NCBI GenBank assembly: GCA_002348705.1 | Contig: DEAU01000014.1 | Coordinates: 35,699 to 99,698 of the forward strand | Direction: 5' to 3' | Length of the DNA stretch: 64,000 bases | DNA from: Candidatus Neomicrothrix sp. UBA2974 | Lineage (GTDB): Bacteria; Actinomycetota; Acidimicrobiia; Acidimicrobiales; MedAcidi-G1 | Shown here: positions 57,482-64,000 of the stretch, piece after piece | Layout of the letters: each line of letters starts with the position of its first letter | Position numbering within the stretch: the stretch's first letter is position 1 | Position numbers and translations under genes: made by a program | Notes under the pieces: model-generated | What the model was told of the DNA's origin: nothing | Seen by the model: only the letters and a program-made list of their open reading frames with translations | The model's database searches: none

Positions 57482-60084
57482 GCCGTCTTCTCCATCCGTG
57501 TAGACGCTACGAAGTCGGCAGCCAGACGCAGCATCTCTCTGGCAACCATCGGCGCGGCGTTCTGGTTCTGGCCGGTAACGAGGTTGCCATCAACTACCCA
57601 GTGGTTGGCAAACGGATCGCGAAATCGGGTTTCGCTCTCAAAGTGCGCTCCAAGCTTGCGCAGTTCGGTTTCGGGATGTTGTGGTGTGCTGGCAATGCCG
57701 AGCTCGTATACCTGCTTGTCGGTTACCCCTGTGACCCGTCGACCCTGCACGAGTGGTGAGCCGTCTTTGGCCTTAGCTCGGATCAATCCGAGTGGGCCAT
57801 GGCAGACGCCGCCGATTACTCGCTCGTGCTCATTTGCCACTGTGATCTGTCGTCCAAGTTGTTCTGAGGAGCCAAGGTCAAACGCTGCACCCCAACCACC
57901 GGCGAGATAGACAATGTCATAGTCGGCCATCTCCAGATCGGCGACGATAAGGGAATCGTTCACCTTGGCCCTGAGGTCGTCGTCGGCTAAGAAGCGGTCA
58001 CAGGCATCGGTGCGCAGCACACCCTTGAGCGATTGTGGGTCGACGGGGATCACGCCGCCGTTGGGGCTGGCGACGTCGACGGTCATACCGGCATCGAAGA
58101 AGGCGTAATAGGGCACGGTGAGCTCGCTCGAGAAGACTCCCGTGGGTTTGCCCACATCGAGCACGCCGTGGTTCGTGGCGATGACCACAGCTCGCCGGCC
58201 CATCAGGTCGACATCAATGGCTTCGGTGTCGCGTGGATGCATGCCAACCAAATTGAGGAGCTTTCGCACAACACGTGCGAGGGGAAGCGCCTTTTTCGCT
58301 GCTGGACGTCCGATTCGGGTGAGAACGGCATAGGGCCATGGATGGTTGCGTTGAGGAACAGCTCGTGTTCGTTCATTGGCAAGACGAATAGCCATAAGGT
58401 CAAACACTGCTGCTGCTTCCGCTTCTTCCCAGCGGTTCTCGGCTTCGATTGGGTCGGAGTCGAGGTCGTAGAGCTCCCACTGGTCGGGAAGCGGAGTTGA
58501 GCGGTAGGTGTCGCCGGCCGCTCCAGTGCTAGCCAGGTGCCGGACGCCAGGTTCAGTCCATGTTTCCGGATCGTCGAAGCTGCGGACGATCTTCCAGAGG
58601 TTTCCTCCCCCGCCGACGGCATCTACTTCATCAACACGACTAATAACGCTCTCGAAATTGGCAGCCACGTGAGCGGGCACGCGTATACGTAGCGATGGTG
58701 GTTGACTGTCGATTCGCCCTAGGCGGCGGGCCATGCCGCTAGCACCAGAGTCACCCTCTGGCATGTTGTCTCGAGTGATCGCGTAGACGGTGCGATCACG
58801 GTCTGGGTCAGCAGCGCCGTCGAGCACTGGTGTGAGGTCACGCCCCGGCAAAGGGTGTAGTTCACTGAAAAAAGCTCGCATGCGTTGGGAGGTCGCATCC
58901 ACGTCAATTCCTGCTGCAGCAAGCAGGGTGGGTACCAGGTCAATATGTGACGTGGGCGCATCGTTGACCACGAGGGCGGTCGTCGGCCTGGTTCCGATTC
59001 TGGCGATCGTGAACGGCACGCGGGTCGCCTCGTCGTAGAGGTTGAACCATTTCTGATGGAGCCCCCCATGGGCTCCGAGCAGCTCACCATGATCAGAGGT
59101 CCGGACCAGTATCGCATCGTCGGAGCCACTCTCGCTGACTGCTCGACGAACCCGATCGAGTGGTGCGTCGGAAGAGAGGTGCAGCCGGTAGTAGAGGTTT
59201 CGGTATTCCTGTGCCCGTTGACGGTAAGTCCGTTCGACGACTGGTGGTGGGCCGTAGGTCGATGGGTAGGAAGCTCTGTACGCGACCTGTGCTGCAGGCT
59301 TCGACGCTAGGTCTTCGTGGTCGGTGGGCGATGCGGGAACGTCGGGTGGGTTGTCGGCATCGGTTGCGAACGGACTGTTCGGGCCGATTTGTCCGAGCCA
59401 AGCCGGCGTGTAGACGATGTCGTGCGGGTTGACAAAGCACACGACCAACAGAAAAGGCCTCTGCGCATTTTCGTCGCCGACGCGCCTCAGCGCGTATCGA
59501 TCTTTTAGCCAGTCGACGGCTCGGTCGGCAAATATTGGGTCGCAAATCAGCCCGGACTGGGCTGGTGACGGACCGTGGGGTTCAGGTCCGACCCATCCCG
59601 AAAATCCGAAACTATCGAGTGGATCGGCCTCGAGGTAGGCCTGCACTGCTAATTGATCCAGGGCGCCACGGGCGTCGTGGGTAGCCAGGGCGTTTCCGGT
59701 AGCCGGGTCCACCAGGTCGGCATGGCTCATATGCCACTTTCCTACGTACTTGGTGTCATAACCGCTGGAACGAAACCAATGGCCAAGTGTCGGAACCTCG
59801 CTGGGTCGAAGCCACCGCATTCGCGAGTCGTCCGCCATCTTCCCGAGGCCGTTTGTCTGGGTGACGCCATGGACGTCGGGGTAGTGGCCAGTGAACAATG
59901 TTGGTCTACTGGGAACGCAGGCGAGCGAGCCTGTGTAGTGGCGCCGAAATGAAACCCCGTTGTCTTCGAACCACCGTGCCCCGGTCAACTTCTCGCTACG
60001 CCACGCTGCGATCTCCTTTGACTCATAAGGCGGGGCAGCACGTTCCTGATCAGTCATGAGGACGATCACGTCGGGAGGTTTCAT
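57478..60084 (-). CDS. fusion protein: choline-sulfatase-like Cys-type sulfatase (aa 1-~590) + DJ-1/PfpI (Hsp31-like) domain (aa ~630-868)
   Basis: VIVLMTDQER (DQ-type metal site), CVPSRPTLFTG, TSDHGELLGAHG, WELYDLDSDPIEAEN. Then VVIATNHGVLDVGKPTGVFSSELTVPYY, YLAGGWG, GGVCHGPLGL, VDGNLVTGQN. Confidence 0.85.
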   Translation of the reverse strand: MKPPDVIVLMTDQERAAPPYESKEIAAWRSEKLTGARWFEDNGVSFRRHYTGSLACVPSRPTLFTGHYPDVHGVTQTNGLGKMADDSRMRWLRPSEVPTLGHWFRSSGYDTKYVGKWHMSHADLVDPATGNALATHDARGALDQLAVQAYLEADPLDSFGFSGWVGPEPHGPSPAQSGLICDPIFADRAVDWLKDRYALRRVGDENAQRPFLLVVCFVNPHDIVYTPAWLGQIGPNSPFATDADNPPDVPASPTDHEDLASKPAAQVAYRASYPSTYGPPPVVERTYRQRAQEYRNLYYRLHLSSDAPLDRVRRAVSESGSDDAILVRTSDHGELLGAHGGLHQKWFNLYDEATRVPFTIARIGTRPTTALVVNDAPTSHIDLVPTLLAAAGIDVDATSQRMRAFFSELHPLPGRDLTPVLDGAADPDRDRTVYAITRDNMPEGDSGASGMARRLGRIDSQPPSLRIRVPAHVAANFESVISRVDEVDAVGGGGNLWKIVRSFDDPETWTEPGVRHLASTGAAGDTYRSTPLPDQWELYDLDSDPIEAENRWEEAEAAAVFDLMAIRLANERTRAVPQRNHPWPYAVLTRIGRPAAKKALPLARVVRKLLNLVGMHPRDTEAIDVDLMGRRAVVIATNHGVLDVGKPTGVFSSELTVPYYAFFDAGMTVDVASPNGGVIPVDPQSLKGVLRTDACDRFLADDDLRAKVNDSLIVADLEMADYDIVYLAGGWGAAFDLGSSEQLGRQITVANEHERVIGGVCHGPLGLIRAKAKDGSPLVQGRRVTGVTDKQVYELGIASTPQHPETELRKLGAHFESETRFRDPFANHWVVDGNLVTGQNQNAAPMVAREMLRLAADFVASTRMEKTA

Positions 60085-60524
60085 GGCGTGTCCTGCTCTA
60101 GGTGGGCTTTCAGCCCCTCAAGCATGTCGCGTGAGGCCTTGGCCAGAACTCGACCGAAGACCCGGGCCATCACCTGTTGGGGCGGTCGGGGTCCAGTGTC
60201 GATGCGGCTCGTGATCGTCACGGTTGTTCCAGCATCTGTGCGGACAAGTTTCCATGCATTGGATGCCGAGCGAACGACACTCGGCAATCCTTCGATGCTG
60301 TAACGGATTTCGCGGCCAGGCGCCCACTCGGTGACACGTTCTAGGAGCGCGTTCCGGTCGATCTGGACCCGTCTCACGCTGCCTACACCCTCCTTATGTC
60401 CACTTGTGAGGCATGAATGGGCGACGTTTGGCGCCCAACGGCTGATTTCGCCAAAGTCGGCCAGAGTGGCCCAGACGGTTTCTGGCGAACGAGCCATCAC
60501 CATCCTCTCTGTGATCTCAATCAT
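60081..60524 (-). CDS. SRPBCC-superfamily protein (polyketide cyclase/CoxG-like ligand-binding fold)
   Basis: 147 aa. SPETVWATLADFGEISRWAPNV...GVGSVRRV pattern. 4-nt overlap with the sulfatase fusion. Confidence 0.7.
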   Translation of the reverse strand: MIEITERMVMARSPETVWATLADFGEISRWAPNVAHSCLTSGHKEGVGSVRRVQIDRNALLERVTEWAPGREIRYSIEGLPSVVRSASNAWKLVRTDAGTTVTITSRIDTGPRPPQQVMARVFGRVLAKASRDMLEGLKAHLEQDTP

Positions 60525-60594
60525 TTGCTCTAGAAGACGAACAGGACCTGACCCGGCATCGGTCCCGCGTCTTCAAGGGCCCGGTGGGTCTCCA

Positions 60595-61122
60595 TTAGCG
60601 ATCTCGTGAAGCTAGTTGTAGACCCGGAACCTTGGCTGGGTCAGTCTCGGAGGGCGCAAGGCGCTCAAGCCGCGCCGTATACCCGAGGTATTCCCAAACC
60701 ATTTTCTCGCCCTCGCGCCTGCGACGGATCTCGATCGCCCTGCCTTGTGGACGAAGAACATGCTCTCCGTCCTCGTAGGTAGCCGCCACGTGAATCTCGG
60801 TGGCCTTGTCGAACTCAGCAACGTCGTTGACTCCCCGTTCCAAAGTGCCGTCACAGCGCATGTCGTGGATGATGCCTCCAGCGGTGACGACCATACGGTC
60901 ACCACGTTGTTCGACTCGCTGGACGTGCCCCAGGCCCAGGTGGTCGAGTTGCTCCTTACCGTCGATCAGGACCTCGACCGTCCGCCAGTAGCCGTCAAGG
61001 TCGGGAGCGTTCACCGGCGCGGATTCGGCGCATCCAGCCAGGACCGGGGGCGGCCAGACAGTCCAGCCCCCATCAGGAGTGTGGGCCACCGGGATGTCGT
61101 CGATAGCGCTTTGGGTATTCAT
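60595..61122 (-). CDS. hypothetical protein
   Basis: 175 aa. 4-nt overlap with the upstream sulfatase stop. No motif recognised. Beta-rich composition. Confidence 0.55.
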   Translation of the reverse strand: MNTQSAIDDIPVAHTPDGGWTVWPPPVLAGCAESAPVNAPDLDGYWRTVEVLIDGKEQLDHLGLGHVQRVEQRGDRMVVTAGGIIHDMRCDGTLERGVNDVAEFDKATEIHVAATYEDGEHVLRPQGRAIEIRRRREGEKMVWEYLGYTARLERLAPSETDPAKVPGLQLASRDR

Positions 61123-63407
61123 TGGCGCGACATCTCCGTTCTGGCCGTCGCTGCCTCCTCGGCCCGCGGAACGAAGCCCGCTTTCTGAGCTCGCGGTTGC
61201 GGCAGTTGGATCACGATCTCATGCAAAGTTCCGGTGAACGCGAACGGCGCCGAATAGCGGTGCGACACGGCCGAGCCGTGGTCCTCCCCAATGCTGGCGC
61301 CCACCGAAGAGATGATTCTCATGTACGAAGTGATCTGTGCTCGGCCACAGGCCTCACCATCGACGAAGACTTCGATCCAACCGGAAGAGCGACTATCGCG
61401 TTCCAAGTGGACACCAAGAGAACTGTCACCGGCTGGCACCTTGATGGTCGACTCAACGATCGTATGGTCGCCGAACGAGTTGTAGTCGACGACCAGACGG
61501 CCATTCTGCAAAAAGACTGAAAAGCCTGAGTTAACGGTACCGGTCGCCCATAGGACGCCTTCATCGCCTGGCTCACTCGTGATTCGCGCGGCGAGGTCGA
61601 CGGCGCGACCGCCCAGCCCTGCAGCAGCACCTGCAGGAATCGGCGACATGGGCGGACGGTATATGTAGCGACGATTGAGACGGTGTGGAGAATGGTCGCT
61701 CGGATGCGCGGCAAATAGCTCGATCGTGCGATCGTCGAGTGGGAGGACGCCGTGGCGTTCAGCTTCCTGCCACCACAGGTCCACCAGTTCCGCGAGCTTC
61801 CGTCGTTCTAAATCAGCCAGATTGATGCACTCTGAAGGATCGGTGCTGAGGTCGTAGAGTTCCCAGGGCTCGGCGTCGAAATCGTCGCCCGGATTGTGCT
61901 TGGTTACCGCTTTCCACCAGACCCCTTCTCTTTCGGCGACCAAAGCCCGACTGCCAGAGTTCTCAAAGTATTGGAGCGTGTTTGTCGCTGGTGCCTCCGC
62001 ATCGCCTAGAGGGACCTTGAAAGAATGGCCCGTGACCGGCATCTGCTCGATTCCCTTGTGTACTTCCGGAGGTATGACACCAAGGATTTCGTAGATCGTC
62101 GGAGTGATGTCTGACACGTTCACGAACTGCGAGCGTTTCGTACCGACCTGTCCTGTTCCGAAGCCGGCAGGCCAGTGCATGACCATTGGCACGTGGACGC
62201 CACCCTCGTGGGTGCTCTGCTTGTACCACCGGAACGGCGAATTGCCGCACTGGGCCCAGCCCCACGGGTAGTTGGTGTGGCTGTTTGGGCCCCCGATGTC
62301 ATCAATGCGCTGGATGGCTTCGTCAGGTGATTCCAGAATGCCGTTGAAGAACTTCATTTCGTGCAGCACGCCGAACGGGCCACCCTCCTGCGACGCACCG
62401 TTGTCAGCCAGTACCACGAGGATGGTGTTGTCAAGTTCGCCCATCGCCCGAAGTCCTTCGACCAGACGCCCGATCTGGTCGTCGGTGTGGTCCAGGAAAG
62501 CTGCGAAGGCCTCCTGGAGTCGACACGCCAGCCGACGTTGCGTTTCGGGCAGGTCGTCCCAGGCTTCAACGCCGGGGTTCCGGGGCGCAAGTTCTGTGTC
62601 GGGAGGGATCACGCCAAGTTCGAGCTGACGCTGGTACCAGCGTTGACGCACCACGTCCCAGCCCTCGTCGTAGCGGCCCCGATACTTGTCGAGGTAGGCC
62701 TGTGGGGCCTGATGTGGGGCATGTGTGGCGCCAAACGGCAGATAGGCGAAGAACGGTCGGTCCGGCCTCACCCCCTTGCTGTCGGTAATCATTTGAAGCA
62801 GTTGGTCGACTAGGTCCTCGCTCAGGTGATAGCCGTCCTGGGGTATTGACGGTGGGGCAATGTGACTGTTGTCTCGGACAAGCTCGGGATAGAACTGGTC
62901 GGTCTCGCCCTCCAGGAAACCGTAGAAGCGGTCGAAGCCGCGTCCCAGTGGCCACTGGTCGAACGGTCCTGCTGCCGAGGTGTCCTGGGTAGGCGCGAGA
63001 TGCCACTTTCCGGCACAGAAGGTGGCATATCCCTCGGCGTGCAGGACCTCTGCGATGGTAGACGCCGAGTTCGAGATGTGGCCGAGTTGATGCGGGAACC
63101 CTGTACGCCAGTTGGACACGCCCCGTAGTCCAACTGCGTGCTGCGACCGACCGGTAAGTAACGCCGCACGCGTCGGTGAGCAAAGTGGTGTGACGTGGAA
63201 GTTTGTGAACTGCACGCCACCAGCAGCAAGCGCGTCCACATTTGTAGTGTCGATGTCGGAGCCGTAACAGCCGAGTTGGGCGAATCCCGTGTCGTCGAGG
63301 AGCACGATCACTACGTTGGGTGCGTCCTCGCCCGGGTGGGGCGGCTCCATGTAGTGCGGCTCAGAGTCCACCAGCGTCCGGCTGATCGTTCCCTTGAACT
63401 CGCTCAT
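61119..63407 (-). CDS. large arylsulfatase (AtsA-like, Cys-type), paralog of 26676..29006
   Basis: 762 aa. VVIVLLDDTGFAQLGCYG, CSPTRAALLTGRSQH, GKWHL, ADNGAS. Collinear similarity to the 776-aa sulfatase, including the C-terminal extension. No signal peptide. Confidence 0.9.
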   Translation of the reverse strand: MSEFKGTISRTLVDSEPHYMEPPHPGEDAPNVVIVLLDDTGFAQLGCYGSDIDTTNVDALAAGGVQFTNFHVTPLCSPTRAALLTGRSQHAVGLRGVSNWRTGFPHQLGHISNSASTIAEVLHAEGYATFCAGKWHLAPTQDTSAAGPFDQWPLGRGFDRFYGFLEGETDQFYPELVRDNSHIAPPSIPQDGYHLSEDLVDQLLQMITDSKGVRPDRPFFAYLPFGATHAPHQAPQAYLDKYRGRYDEGWDVVRQRWYQRQLELGVIPPDTELAPRNPGVEAWDDLPETQRRLACRLQEAFAAFLDHTDDQIGRLVEGLRAMGELDNTILVVLADNGASQEGGPFGVLHEMKFFNGILESPDEAIQRIDDIGGPNSHTNYPWGWAQCGNSPFRWYKQSTHEGGVHVPMVMHWPAGFGTGQVGTKRSQFVNVSDITPTIYEILGVIPPEVHKGIEQMPVTGHSFKVPLGDAEAPATNTLQYFENSGSRALVAEREGVWWKAVTKHNPGDDFDAEPWELYDLSTDPSECINLADLERRKLAELVDLWWQEAERHGVLPLDDRTIELFAAHPSDHSPHRLNRRYIYRPPMSPIPAGAAAGLGGRAVDLAARITSEPGDEGVLWATGTVNSGFSVFLQNGRLVVDYNSFGDHTIVESTIKVPAGDSSLGVHLERDSRSSGWIEVFVDGEACGRAQITSYMRIISSVGASIGEDHGSAVSHRYSAPFAFTGTLHEIVIQLPQPRAQKAGFVPRAEEAATARTEMSRQ

Positions 63408-63420
63408 CGGATCTCCTCGT

Positions 63421-64000
63421 TCAGACGGTGACGGTAGTGAGGTCGCCGCCGATGATGACTTCGCCGGAGTAATGTTCGGCCGCCAGAGCTATCCACTCCG
63501 GATATGTCTCAGGCGTGGGTGCCGGCACCATGTGGGTGAAGGCAAGTCGCTTTGCACCAACCCGTTCAGCGGTCTGAGCCGCCTCCACGACGCCCGAGTG
63601 GTAGTCGAGGATGTCCTGCATCATGGGATTAGGTATCAGTTCGACGAGGTCGCGGCGAATCACCGTTTGGACGTAGACGTCAGCGCTGCGAGCTAGTTCG
63701 TCGACTCCCTCACATGGGACAGTGTCTCCGACAAGCGCAGCGGTGCTGCCGCCGTGCTCGAGGCGGAATCCGATTGTCGGCCGCACGGGTGCATGTTCGG
63801 TCGCCTCGGTGGATATCTCGACATCACCAACGATAAAAGAGTCCCCAGGAACCAACTCGGTAACGCGAACTTTGGGCGGACCAAGAAGGACTTCGTGGTG
63901 CTCGATTCGGTAGCCGATGTCCGGCTCAAGGGCATTTAGTTGCCGATCAACAAACTCGGCCGTGCCAACCGGACCATAGATAGGGAGTGTCGCTTTGCCC
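63421..64000 (-). CDS. MBL-fold metallo-hydrolase (5' end beyond window)
   Basis: ORF track starts at TTG 63855, but the frame stays open to the window edge (..GKATLPIYGPVGTAEFVDRQLNALEPDIGYRIEHHEVLLGPPKVRVTELVPGD..). C-terminal LAFTHMVP / DLTTVTV is typical of RNase Z/MBL-like proteins. Confidence 0.65.
   Translation of the reverse strand, partial: GKATLPIYGPVGTAEFVDRQLNALEPDIGYRIEHHEVLLGPPKVRVTELVPGDSFIVGDVEISTEATEHAPVRPTIGFRLEHGGSTAALVGDTVPCEGVDELARSADVYVQTVIRRDLVELIPNPMMQDILDYHSGVVEAAQTAERVGAKRLAFTHMVPAPTPETYPEWIALAAEHYSGEVIIGGDLTTVTV

Noticed and set aside
1-64000. Defence systems, prophage, integrative elements, CRISPR arrays, toxin-antitoxin pairs
   Set aside because: No nuclease, helicase, ATPase, integrase, transposase, Cas-like or small paired ORFs were recognised, and no spaced direct repeats were found. 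The only defence-related-looking gene is the solitary methyltransferase, which is reported separately.

Overview
GC-rich, very gene-dense chromosomal segment with about 57 CDS, many joined by 1-8 nt start/stop overlaps. I recognised no rRNA, tRNA, CRISPR array, transposase, integrase or phage genes. The lineage looks actinobacterial, by inference only, from these features: a DUF385 deazaflavin-type oxidoreductase, a fused CysNC, large AtsA-like sulfatases, an EthA-like Baeyer-Villiger monooxygenase (BVMO) and a leaderless-type promoter. Content is almost entirely small-molecule catabolism:
(1) A Rieske oxygenase plus soxBDAG (glycine betaine/sarcosine), followed by an amidase, a hotdog thioesterase and an MFS transporter.
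(2) glpD, and separately glpK.
(3) A MarR-TauD-unknown 556-aa unit with a clear operator/promoter.
(4) Four Cys-type (C-x-P-x-R) sulfatases without signal peptides, one of them fused to a DJ-1/PfpI domain.
(5) A cysD-cysNC-cysC PAPS-synthesis operon.
(6) A six-gene operon (34306-41289) combining three different Fe(II)/2OG-type oxygenases, an EutA-like racemase-fold protein, a DoeA/EutD-like M24 hydrolase and a DgcA/StcD-like flavoprotein.
(7) An orphan gamma-class N6-adenine DNA methyltransferase with an 18-bp tandem duplication at its start.
Best candidates for something undescribed are the six-gene oxygenase operon, the sulfatase::DJ-1 fusion operon that ends in a lone form-II CoxL-like subunit, and the TauD/556-aa pair. 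No defence-system or mobile-element signal was seen. All functional calls rest on motifs read from the supplied translations and on remembered family signatures; no database search was run.
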